Program-made: the position numbers and the translations under genes | The notes under the pieces: model-generated | The model's input: only the letters and a program-made list of their open reading frames with translations | What the model was told of the DNA's origin: nothing | Database searches by the model: none | DNA from: an uncultured Actinomycetota bacterium | Lineage (GTDB): Bacteria > Actinomycetota > Actinomycetes > DATJPE01 | DNA: 64,000 nt | Reading direction: 5' to 3' | NCBI GenBank assembly: GCA_963851405.1 | Contig: CAWKPB010000009.1 | Span: 48 to 64,047, forward strand | Part shown: piece after piece, positions 27,845 through 36,691 of the stretch | How positions within the stretch are numbered: position 1 is the stretch's first letter | Layout: each line of letters opens with the position of its first letter

Positions 27845-29280
27845 CCGCCCTTGGGGGGATCCGGCTCGGGCCGTCCCAAAGAGGATGGGAAGGCGGGGGC
27901 CGCTTCAGCATTCGGATTCGAATCATCGGCGTGCTCGCGGTCGGCCTGCCGCACAGAGCGCACCTCTCGCCCAAACTCGAACGCGACCATCACGAAGAGC
28001 CAGATCAACAGCAGATCCCGAACCGTGATGGCGATCAGGCCGATCCAACCGTCGGCGAGTATGTCTCCGTAGAAGATCGGGAACACCAAAGCGGTGAGTC
28101 CGCACAACCACAGCACCGGTGCAACGAATCGCTTCCACGTAGGTGGATCCAGCGCTGCTCCCACCGCCACGACCGCGACCAGCCACAGGACGTACTGAGG
28201 GCTGAAGACCTTGTTCGTGACGAGAATGGCAAGGAGTAGAGCCACCGCAGTCAGGGCAACACCACGCCCACCCGCATCTCGGCGCATGAGTCGCCAGTGA
28301 GCTAGGAAGACCACAGCTAGGACCAGCCAGAACAGGACCGTGCTGAGAGCGGCAAGTTGCTCCACCCCTGGTCCGGTGATCTCGAAGGCGCCGAAAGCGA
28401 AGCGCGTACCGAAGCCCTCAACCCCGAAATGATTGGCCCAAACCAAAGGCAAGGCAGCGAGGGACTCGATCTGGAGCCCCCGATCGGATTGGTAGGTCAG
28501 CACTTGGTCGAAGCCGGTCGACCCGGTGATCAGCCGGGTGACTCCGGCCACAACCCCGACGGTGGCCATAGCCACAGCAGTCGCCACGACAGCCGCGACA
28601 CGCGTTCGTTGGACCGGTGCGAGCAGACTCGGCCACAACTTCAGGGTTGCTCCGACTCCAGCGGCCAATCCGGAGACAACACCCTTTCGCTCACCGGCGT
28701 ACAGCACCGTGACGAAGGCCGCGAGGGCGGCGAGCATGTCGAAGCGAGTCCACGACAAGGCTCCGAGCAGAGGCGGACCCAGGATCCACATCAGCAGTGC
28801 AGGATGTCTAATCCCCGAACCCACGCGCACCAGCAACATGCGCAAGATCAGCGCATCGATGGCCAGCAGCATCGCGATCCACGCGACGAGATAGGGGATG
28901 AACCCCCACGTCGGTAGCGGGGCTGATACGACGGCGGGCACCAGCATCCCGGGCATCGCCATCGGGGGGTATTCCCAGAAGAAGTCCTGGTACGGGATCC
29001 GCGTGCCGTCGAGGGCGCCGAACGCCCACCTGCCGTACCCCGTGATGTCAACGAAGACATTGCCGCGGTTGACGCCCCAGGTGACCAGGCCCACCGCCAG
29101 AGAAACCAAGCGTGCCGTGGTCCAGGCGGGCCAGGGGCGGGTCTTGATCGCATTCCCGAGGCGCCCCAACAACCCCCGCGTGGCAACGCGCGGTTGCTCA
29201 CGAGCCACGTGCACAACCTCCAACCGCCCACGAAAGGACCAAAGGCTAACGGCAGCCGACGGGTGGCAGCGAGCGGTCAA
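27841..29280 (-). CDS. GT87/DUF2029-family polytopic membrane glycosyltransferase
   Basis: At least 10 TM helices and the cytoplasmic-loop motif typical of DUF2029 mannosyl/arabinosyl transferases. Its start codon overlaps the esterase stop. Confidence 0.6.
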   Translation of the reverse strand: MTARCHPSAAVSLWSFRGRLEVVHVAREQPRVATRGLLGRLGNAIKTRPWPAWTTARLVSLAVGLVTWGVNRGNVFVDITGYGRWAFGALDGTRIPYQDFFWEYPPMAMPGMLVPAVVSAPLPTWGFIPYLVAWIAMLLAIDALILRMLLVRVGSGIRHPALLMWILGPPLLGALSWTRFDMLAALAAFVTVLYAGERKGVVSGLAAGVGATLKLWPSLLAPVQRTRVAAVVATAVAMATVGVVAGVTRLITGSTGFDQVLTYQSDRGLQIESLAALPLVWANHFGVEGFGTRFAFGAFEITGPGVEQLAALSTVLFWLVLAVVFLAHWRLMRRDAGGRGVALTAVALLLAILVTNKVFSPQYVLWLVAVVAVGAALDPPTWKRFVAPVLWLCGLTALVFPIFYGDILADGWIGLIAITVRDLLLIWLFVMVAFEFGREVRSVRQADREHADDSNPNAEAAPAFPSSLGRPEPDPPKGG

Positions 29281-30314
29281 CGAGCCAGCCGGCCAGCCAA
29301 CCAGGTCAATGCGAGCGGGTAGCGGTAGTCGATCCCCGCGTGCGTAGCCTCGAACAGCTCGAAGTGCACGCGATCAGAGGGGACACCGATGCGCTGAAGC
29401 CCGGCGTGAAAGGCCTCGGCGCCGAGGTCCAAGAAGTATTCGTCCCGGCGACCAGCATCGATCCACAACGAGTCGAGCGAGACGAGTGCGTCGGCGTACC
29501 GATCGATCATCCGGACGGGGTCCCAGTCCAACCAGCGCTGCCAGACGTCGGGCCGAAGCTGTCCGGAGACTGGATCGAAGGGCAACTCGACCGAACCATC
29601 GGGGTTCGCCGAGAAGCAAGCCGAGCACCCGAGCACCGAGATGAGGGAGATGTCGGCGGGCTCGGTGAACGATGGTCTGGAGGAGAAGTCCCTCCACCAG
29701 GCCATGATGTCGAAGTCGTAGTCGCGTAAGTGGCGCGCAGCTTGTCCGAACTCGGGCACGTAGCAGTACTCATAGAGGGAGTCTCCGGCATGGGACGCCA
29801 TGGACCCGAAGACATCGGGTCGAAGCATGGGCGTGATCATTGCGCCGAATCCACCGGAAGACTTGCCGGTGATAGCGCGCGAGGCCCGGTCCGGGATAGT
29901 CCGGTAGTGGGCGTCGACCCAGGGGACCACCTCGTCGCAGAGATAGGAGTGATAACGCCCGGTCCCCGGCGAGTCGACGAACTGAGAGCCTCCATACGAC
30001 GTCCAGGCATCCACGTACACGACCACGCACGGTGCGGCCCGACCTGAGGCGAAGGCAGCATCGGCCGTTTCGATGAATGGCTGGCGAAACGGCTGGCGAT
30101 TCGCCCACATCGCCACATGCCCGGTGTAGCCCTGGATCACGTAGACCGTTGGATACCTAGGCCCGCCCGCCTCATAGTCAGGCGGCAGATAGACCCACAG
30201 GGGCCGAACTGATGGATCGCCTAAGGCGTTGTCCCTCAGCAGAGCGGAATCGATCTCGACTCGCTCGAGACGACCGGACAGTGGCGCTTCCCAGGGCAGC
30301 ATCCCGGGAGTCAA
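29277..30314 (-). CDS. Putative esterase (esterase D / enterochelin-esterase-like alpha/beta hydrolase)
   Basis: GKSSGG nucleophile elbow (GxSxG). It has no signal peptide and is collinear with the PF00756-type esterase family. Confidence 0.65.
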   Translation of the reverse strand: MTPGMLPWEAPLSGRLERVEIDSALLRDNALGDPSVRPLWVYLPPDYEAGGPRYPTVYVIQGYTGHVAMWANRQPFRQPFIETADAAFASGRAAPCVVVYVDAWTSYGGSQFVDSPGTGRYHSYLCDEVVPWVDAHYRTIPDRASRAITGKSSGGFGAMITPMLRPDVFGSMASHAGDSLYEYCYVPEFGQAARHLRDYDFDIMAWWRDFSSRPSFTEPADISLISVLGCSACFSANPDGSVELPFDPVSGQLRPDVWQRWLDWDPVRMIDRYADALVSLDSLWIDAGRRDEYFLDLGAEAFHAGLQRIGVPSDRVHFELFEATHAGIDYRYPLALTWLAGRLAR

Positions 30315-30427
30315 CCACGATCCTGAGCAGCAACGACCCGACAGCCGTCGTCAACCGGACCGTACGCTCGAGCCGGTTGAGCCACACCGTCGAACTCGCG
30401 TCGTCCTCGTCCACCTAGGGTGAGTGA

Positions 30428-31228
30428 GTGCTGGTGCTGCTTCCGCCGTCCGAGGGTAAGGCGACCGTTGGATCTCGAGGCCGACGGCTCGACTTGGGTT
30501 CGCTGTCGTACCAAGCGCTTTCGGCGCCGCGTCAGGAGACCATGGTCGCGCTGGTCAAACTCGCGCAAGGGCCGCGCACGACAGCCCTGCGAGCTTTGGG
30601 ACTCCCTCCTGGTCTCACTGAGGAAGTGGACAAGGATGCGGGCTTACTGACCGCTCACGTGCTGCCGGTCGAGCGTTTGTACACCGGCGTTCTGTACGAG
30701 GCACTGGGGCTTGGGACATTGTCCTCAGGCGCTCGTCGGCGAGCCAGGGCTTCCATCGTTGTCATGAGTGCGCTTTTCGGAGCCGTACGCCTCACCGATC
30801 GACTGCCTTCGTACCGGCTGTCGATGGACGCCAAGCTCCCTGGTTTGTCCCCGCTCGCCCGGAACTGGCGACCGCACCTCGAACGCGCCCTCGGTCCAGA
30901 GGCGGAAAGAGGGCTCGTGGTGGACCTGAGGTCGTCGAGCTACGCCGCGGCGTGGCGCCCGACAGCCCCGGAGACGGACCACACCGTCGTCCTTCGAGTA
31001 GTCCACGAGGCGGTCCCCGGCGTTCCGACGTCCCGTAGCGTCGTAAGCCACTTCAACAAGGCCACCAAGGGTCGGCTGCTACGCCAACTTCTCGAGTCCG
31101 GCCCGGCGCCCCGCTCCCCCAGACAATTGGCGGAGACCTTGCGAGGGCTCGGATTCATGGTCGAGGTGACACCCCCGGACCGATCCGGCCGATCGTGGGC
31201 GTTCGACGCTGTGGTCCACTCCCTCTGA
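30428..31228 (+). CDS. yaaA: Peroxide stress protein YaaA (DUF328/UPF0246)
   Basis: An N-terminal MLVLLPPSEGK motif and a conserved YTGVLYEAL block. Confidence 0.8.
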   Translation: MLVLLPPSEGKATVGSRGRRLDLGSLSYQALSAPRQETMVALVKLAQGPRTTALRALGLPPGLTEEVDKDAGLLTAHVLPVERLYTGVLYEALGLGTLSSGARRRARASIVVMSALFGAVRLTDRLPSYRLSMDAKLPGLSPLARNWRPHLERALGPEAERGLVVDLRSSSYAAAWRPTAPETDHTVVLRVVHEAVPGVPTSRSVVSHFNKATKGRLLRQLLESGPAPRSPRQLAETLRGLGFMVEVTPPDRSGRSWAFDAVVHSL

Positions 31229-31302
31229 GGGGTATCCCGTCCGGGACTTCGGAATGGCGGTCACCCGCGAACTCCGAGCGACCGCCATTCCTTGTGTCTC
31301 GC

Positions 31303-31467
31303 CTAGATCCTGCGACGACCTCGTCCGGGTGTCACGGCCGCAGCAACAACGGCCGTCTTGGCCACCGGCGATGGCCCAGGAGACACGGCCTTGGCGACCA
31401 CGGCCGTCTTGGCGACCGGTGCACCGACCACGCCTCTGCGTCCAGCACGTGCGGCTCTCATTGGCAT
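31303..31467 (-). CDS. Small basic Arg/Ala/Val-rich protein with an internal repeat. This is a candidate small protein.
   Basis: The ATG at 31467 has a strong GAAGGAG RBS with a 6-nt spacer, and sits 1 nt after the stop of the upstream acidic-protein gene. The product contains PVAKTAVVA twice. Confidence 0.35.
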   Translation of the reverse strand: MPMRAARAGRRGVVGAPVAKTAVVAKAVSPGPSPVAKTAVVAAAVTPGRGRRRI

Positions 31468-31468
31468 G

Positions 31469-31927
31469 TCAGGCTCCTTCGATTTCGTTCGCCTCATCAG
31501 CCTCGATCGAGGCGATGATGGCTTGGATCGGGATCCGGCCGTTGGCGATCAGTTGTCCACCCGACCGCCGCGCGGCGGAGGCGAACGGCGCCGCCCACAA
31601 GTTTTCCCAGATCAAGACCCCGGCTACGCTCCCTGGCTCCATCGCAGCCGCCAAGTGCACCACATCGTCTTCAGCCAGCAACTCGGCCAATTGCGCCTCA
31701 ATGCCTTCCAGCGGCCCGAGGTCATCAACGTCTGACAGCTCCATAGCGTCGACGTTGCCTTCCCCGTCCTTCGTGAGGATGAGAACGTCGATCACGCGAA
31801 TCGTCCCTGCGTCGACCAGGTTGACGAGCTCGGCTGCCATCTCCCCGGTGAAGTTGCTCGAACCAGCGGGGAACTCGACGACCAAGTAGTCGACGGGGCC
31901 GAGTTCGTCCAGCGATGTCACGGTCAT
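31469..31927 (-). CDS. Acidic hypothetical protein (DUF-type; MTVTSLDELGPVDYLVVEFP...)
   Basis: A 152-aa strongly acidic translation with good codon bias. The family assignment is uncertain. Confidence 0.5.
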   Translation of the reverse strand: MTVTSLDELGPVDYLVVEFPAGSSNFTGEMAAELVNLVDAGTIRVIDVLILTKDGEGNVDAMELSDVDDLGPLEGIEAQLAELLAEDDVVHLAAAMEPGSVAGVLIWENLWAAPFASAARRSGGQLIANGRIPIQAIIASIEADEANEIEGA

Positions 31928-32171
31928 GGGCTCGGGTCCCTCTGTTGTCGGAAAGTTATCCTCTTCGGGCTGGCGGGTGCCAGTGGTTGCGGTCGTACCG
32001 TTCGTAGCCAACCATGATTGAGGCGAGTGTGCTCTTGCGAGCGAGCCAGATCACCACTGGCCTCCTGGAGGCTCCCGAGGGCACATCCACCCAAACTGGC
32101 TTCCAAGATCCGGTGGTTCAGGCTCATGTGCAGACACTTCGTCGCCACGCGAGCCTCGATAGGTTGAACCA

Positions 32172-32945
32172 ATGCCCGTCGATGGAGACCAGACAGCCGC
32201 TGCCCTGGAGTACCAGTGGCGGCAGATGATCCGAAGAGCACCCCCGAACCTGTGGAGACAGCTGGACGAGGGAATGGTCGGGTTCATCAGCGAACTCCCG
32301 ACACCCGCAATGAATGGGGTGTACGTCTTCAGTCCCGACGTCGATCTCGCTGAAGTTGCAGCCCTGCTGACCGAGGTATCGAAAGCAAACGTCCCCTTTT
32401 GCCTCCACGCACGAGCGTCGCTGCGAGGTTCGTTGGCCGGAGTCGCTGATGACTTGGGTATGACCCCGGACGGGGACGTCCCGATGATGGCGCTCAATGA
32501 CCCAGCATCGTTGAGGGTCACGACGCAGGTCGAGGACCTCGATCTCCGCCCCCTGACCGAAGACGAAAATGGCGTGCATGAAGGTCTCTTCGCGGCTGGG
32601 TTTGGGATGCCCGTGGAGATGGCCCACATCTTCATGCAATTCTTGGGAGCCGCGCCCGGTCTTCGTGGGTTCGTTGGCGAAGTGGCGGGCGCTGGTGTCA
32701 CGACCGCCCTCACGCTGCCCTCGGGCAAGGACTCCGTTGGCTTGTTCAATGTGGCGACTCCACCTCAGCATCGTCGCCGTGGCTACGGTGCTGCCGTAAC
32801 GGCATACGCGCTTCTCGATGCCTTGGAGCATGGCGCGACCTGGGCGTGGCTGCGATCGACACCCGAAGGTCTTTCGGTCTATGAGCGATTGGGGTTCCGG
32901 ATCGTCGAGTCCTGGCCCGCCTGGGTGGCCCAAAAACCGAACTAG
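32172..32945 (+). CDS. GNAT-family N-acetyltransferase
   Basis: C-terminal acetyl-CoA binding motif QHRRRGYGAAV and the beta-bulge region. Confidence 0.75.
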   Translation: MPVDGDQTAAALEYQWRQMIRRAPPNLWRQLDEGMVGFISELPTPAMNGVYVFSPDVDLAEVAALLTEVSKANVPFCLHARASLRGSLAGVADDLGMTPDGDVPMMALNDPASLRVTTQVEDLDLRPLTEDENGVHEGLFAAGFGMPVEMAHIFMQFLGAAPGLRGFVGEVAGAGVTTALTLPSGKDSVGLFNVATPPQHRRRGYGAAVTAYALLDALEHGATWAWLRSTPEGLSVYERLGFRIVESWPAWVAQKPN

Positions 32946-33980
32946 CCCGGCAGGTCGCCTGCCGCTCGGTCCGTAGGGATGCAGATGCTGCCTCATGACT
33001 CACCTGGGAGCCGCCAAATGCGCTCTGCACAACCAGATTCAAAGGTCCCTATCGGCGCGGCCTTGCGATAACGACAACTCAAGCGAACCACCCACGGCAA
33101 GCATCGCTAGCCATGCACGACGGATCCGGCTATGGGGCTCAGGGAGGGAAGGCGCTCGGCTCACTCGATGTCGCCGAGGCCGGCGATGTGCTCGTGATCT
33201 CGCTGGACGATCAGAGTCGAGCCCGGCTCCCCGCCACACCGTCCTCGCATGGCCCAGCCGGTTCCAATAGGCCACGGCCCGCCGCTGCCCAGCACCGCCG
33301 TGGACTCCACCAGGGCACCGTCACGCCGTTTTCTTTGACGAAGGAGGGCGCGATAGCCCCGGCTCCTGTTCCTCTCTCCCCTGGGGAACGTGGGGCGTTT
33401 CAGCCACAAACCCCGACGAGAGGCCCCATGTGCGTTCCGCTGCCGGACCACACAACGCACGCACAGACGGATGAGCGCGCATGCCGGATCTTGTTGCACA
33501 GATGCGAACGAGAACGGCACATCGGCACCACCGACTGAGCAACCACCCTGACCTCCCACGCTCGACACCATGTGAACTGGGGAGGGCATTGCTACTTCGA
33601 GCCGTGCAGTCCTCTCTCGAGCCACTCCCCAACAGCGGCACCAGACGGGATCGCAGGCCATTCGCGAGCCACGACCAGCAGGCCGGGCAGCCGGTTATCG
33701 AGCGACCCGCCGGCACCTAACCCGAACTCTTGCGCAGGAACCGGGCTACCCAGAAGTCTCAAGTATCCGGATATTTCTCGGTTGCCGTGTGACTAGGAGC
33801 CGAGAGGCGGCCCGACTCGGGCGCTCCCAGCTCTGTGACAAGCAGCGACACGCCGGGTCGGCGATGTGCGAGGGCCGGAGCGGGTGGGCTGCGTCGTGCC
33901 TGGGTCTGCGTGACGGTTGCATGACGATGGGGGTTTCGGCGAGGTGTTTGAGTTGTGTTTCCGCAGGTCCGAGGGGGTGG

Positions 33981-34396
33981 GGCGGACGAGTCGGCCTATA
34001 CGCCGGGTTCTGTCCTCAGGTGCCCAACAGCGCCTGAGGGGCGGTCATCCATCTACGGCTGCCGTTGCCGACAACCTCTAGCGGCCTACCCGAGGACTCG
34101 AGCGAGCAACTCTCCCCCGCCGAAGCGGTGCGTCCTCTGTCTGACCTTGCTCCGGGTGGGGTTTACCTAGCCGGCTGAGTCACCTCAGCCGCTGGTGGTC
34201 TCTTACACCACCGTTTCACCCTTACCGGACCTGCACCGAAGCGCAGTCCCGGCGGTTTGTTTTCTGTGGCACTGTCCCGCGGGTCACCCCGGGTGGGTGT
34301 TACCCACCGCCCTGCTCTGTGGAGCCCGGACGTTCCTCGGCGATGCGCAACCCGAAGGTCAAACATCGACGCGACCGCCCGGCCGGCTCGTCCGCC
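33981..34396 (-). ncRNA. rnpB: RNase P RNA (bacterial type A)
   Basis: The reverse complement reads ...GAGGAACGUCCGGGCUCCACAGAGCAGGGCGGUGGGUAACACCCACCCGGGGUGACCCGCGGGACAGUGCCACAGAAAACAAACCGCC... and ends ...ACAGAACCCGGCGUAUAGGCCGACUCGUCCGCC. The P4 strands are conserved, and the P1 5' and 3' ends are complementary. Confidence 0.85.
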
Positions 34397-34402
34397 GTAC
34401 CG

Positions 34403-35626
34403 TCAGCGTAATGCGCCAGGGCGGTCGTCGGAGCCATCGCGCGACCGGCGATCCGGGATGAGGAGCCGGGCGATGGAAGACGCAACTCGGTGAACCCACC
34501 ACTCCATCGGGCCACGACGGAGGTACAGCAGCCAAACGGTGGAGAAGACCAGCGCGACGACGACGTGGGTCAGGTAGTACCCGAAACTGCCCCACTCCCC
34601 CCACGGCTGACTCAGCGCGAACACGTGGAACGTGTACAGCGTCAAGGTCATGGTCCCCGCTGCCGCGATGGGGTGAGTAATCCAGCGCAAGACATCGACC
34701 CGCACGACGAGCAGGAACAGCCCCAACACGGCTAGCGCCGAGCCAGTCGTCCCGACCAAGTCGAAAGGCGTTCCGGTATGGGGCGCGGCGACGGCGAGCC
34801 AGGCCCAGCTCTCGGGCGGCGTCGTCCCGTACGACTCGCTGCTCACTAGATCCCACCATGGGTTCGTCCCGACTGACCCACCCGTCGATACCAACTGCTC
34901 GGCTAACCCCTGCGACAACATCCATACCGAGGTCAGCCAGGCGAACGCAGCGAGGCCGGCGCCGACGCCGAGCAACCAAACCGCGGTACGTCTGGCCCGA
35001 AGGTCCAGTCGCCCTACGGCCAGACCGGCCAACAGGTAGGTCATCCACGTCAGCACCGGGTAGTAGCCAATCACCATCAGCTCCTGGAGCGCGCCGACCG
35101 GATCGGCCGTCACGGTGGTGAAGGACACCTGATCGTTCGGTCCCAGCGGCAGGTGCTGACGCAGCAGGTGGCTGAGGACCGGACTGACGAGCGCCCAGGA
35201 CGCAGCGATGACCAGCAAGGTCTTAGGTCGCAGACCAAGGAACGGGATCGTGAGCAGAAAGAACAAGGCGTAGTACGCCAGGATCACCGCCACCGGACTG
35301 CCTATTCCCGCCAGCCATAGGCCGATAAGCCCAATGAGGATGGCTCGGACGGCAATCATTGCGCTGACGCGCGAGCGGGCGGCACCAGTCCGGGGCTTGG
35401 TTGCGCCAGACACGAGGGCGAGGCTCACGCCAGCCACGACGGCGAAGGTCGCCGACGCACGGCCGGCGAAAAGCCAGCCAACGGTGGTCAGGTGACCGGT
35501 CGCCGGGTCGCGGACAGCCAGCATGTGCGTGGCGGCCATCCCGAGGAGCGCAATTCCTCGGGTGACGTCAACCCCGACAAGCCGCGTCGAGGTCGGGAGC
35601 CGGTGGGTCATGACCTGCGCTCCCAA
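34403..35626 (-). CDS. DUF418/DUF1624-like polytopic membrane protein
   Basis: N-terminal VDVTRGIALLGMA motif and about 10 TM helices. Confidence 0.55.
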   Translation of the reverse strand: MGAQVMTHRLPTSTRLVGVDVTRGIALLGMAATHMLAVRDPATGHLTTVGWLFAGRASATFAVVAGVSLALVSGATKPRTGAARSRVSAMIAVRAILIGLIGLWLAGIGSPVAVILAYYALFFLLTIPFLGLRPKTLLVIAASWALVSPVLSHLLRQHLPLGPNDQVSFTTVTADPVGALQELMVIGYYPVLTWMTYLLAGLAVGRLDLRARRTAVWLLGVGAGLAAFAWLTSVWMLSQGLAEQLVSTGGSVGTNPWWDLVSSESYGTTPPESWAWLAVAAPHTGTPFDLVGTTGSALAVLGLFLLVVRVDVLRWITHPIAAAGTMTLTLYTFHVFALSQPWGEWGSFGYYLTHVVVALVFSTVWLLYLRRGPMEWWVHRVASSIARLLIPDRRSRDGSDDRPGALR

Positions 35627-35635
35627 CCGGAGCGG

Positions 35636-36556
35636 CTAGGTCGGATTGGTGCCACCGGATGCACGAGAATCGAGCGCGGAGACACTAGCCTCGAGGTCGG
35701 CCTGCGCCTGCCGAGCAGACTCATCCGCCGCCGCCAACTGCTCGGCCGTCCGTGGCGGGCTCGCTAGCCTGGACAAGACATCGGCCTGAACGGCGATGAC
35801 GCTGAGCCGCAGCGCGCTCGCCGTTTCCCGAGCGGCGGTCTCATCCTCAGGGGACGTGCCATCCGTGGCTAGTTGATCGAGCCGCATGGCCAGTTGGTCT
35901 CCGCTTTCGCGCAGGCCGGCAGCCGCCGCTGCGGTAGCCGCGGACGACGAACGCAAGGTCACCAGCGCTGCCTGCAGGGAGCGCACCTCCGTCAGCTGGG
36001 TCGAGGCTTGGTTTTGCCACGCTCCGCGGCGTTCGGCCAACGCCACGGCTTCCCGCCGCCGGCGCATGACCAAAGCACCCACGATCACAGCGATTGCGGC
36101 CAAGGCCAAAAGAACCAGCAACCAGGGGATGTTGTCGGTGTCGGAGGTCTCACCCGACGCGGGGCTGGCATCCACGGTCGAGGTCGTTGGAGTAGGGGTT
36201 GGCTGCTGAGACTTGGTCTCGGTCGGTGTTGGCGTGGGCGTTGGTGTCTCGGTAGGAGCTTCGGTCGGAGTTTCGGTCGGAGTTTCGGTCGGTGTTTCGG
36301 TCGGAGTCTCGGTCGGAGTCTCGGTGGGCGACTCGGTGGGCGACTCGGTGGGTGATTCAGTCTTGCTCTTCGAAGCTTCGATCGACTTCGACGTCGACGG
36401 ACTCGCCGTACGACTGAGTTCGGGCAGTTGGGAAGGGACTCCGGACGGGAGGGCGATGCCACCACTGCTCGAGCACCCGGACGCCCCTGCGACCAATAAC
36501 ACTCCGAGGCCCATGGCTAGCAACAGCCGCCGATGTCCCAACCCGCGAGTTCTCAT
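35636..36556 (-). CDS. Lipoprotein with a Thr/Pro-rich repeat linker, one TM helix and an Ala-rich coiled-coil C-terminus
   Basis: Signal peptide with lipobox (LLVAGASGC), then (TESP/TETP)n repeats, a TM segment (IPWLLVLLALAAIAVIVGALV, followed by RRRR), and about 130 aa of heptad-like sequence. Confidence 0.6.
   Translation of the reverse strand: MRTRGLGHRRLLLAMGLGVLLVAGASGCSSSGGIALPSGVPSQLPELSRTASPSTSKSIEASKSKTESPTESPTESPTETPTETPTETPTETPTETPTEAPTETPTPTPTPTETKSQQPTPTPTTSTVDASPASGETSDTDNIPWLLVLLALAAIAVIVGALVMRRRREAVALAERRGAWQNQASTQLTEVRSLQAALVTLRSSSAATAAAAAGLRESGDQLAMRLDQLATDGTSPEDETAARETASALRLSVIAVQADVLSRLASPPRTAEQLAAADESARQAQADLEASVSALDSRASGGTNPT
36218..36358. repeat. About eleven 12-nt tandem repeats encoding the (T-E-S/T-P) linker
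   Basis: Direct tandem copies of tcggtcggagt(t/c)/tcggtgggcgac are visible in the sequence. Confidence 0.6.
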
Positions 36557-36691
36557 GCGCTCACCCTGCCCGGTTGAGGTGGTCAGGCTCAACGGACACG
36601 CGCGGCCCCGCCTAAAAGGCGGCCGTTTGCGAACGTCCGACGGTCCCCGTTAGATTGGATCCAATCCTCCCGCCACCCTCGGAGCCCCTGA

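Noticed and set aside
27905-27925. GGATTCGAATC string resembling a tRNA T-arm
   Set aside because: It lies inside the C-terminal coding region of the GT87 gene (encoding ...DDSNPN...), and no acceptor or anticodon arm context is present. I found no tRNA anywhere in the window.
33113-33661. Overlapping 141-aa (+) and 166-aa (-) ORFs in the gap next to rnpB
   Set aside because: Neither has a recognisable motif, RBS or consistent codon bias, and they overlap each other. I treat the region as non-coding or degraded (see finding).
36218-36358. Tandem 12-nt repeats considered as a possible CRISPR or minisatellite
   Set aside because: There are no spacers, the units are 12 nt and in-frame coding for a Thr-Pro linker, so this is not CRISPR. 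I found no CRISPR array or cas genes in the window.
36213-36653. Plus-strand ORF encoding (VGVS)n repeats
   Set aside because: It is the reverse-complement reading of the (TETP)n lipoprotein repeat. The lipoprotein frame has a signal peptide, lipobox and TM helix, so it is the real one.
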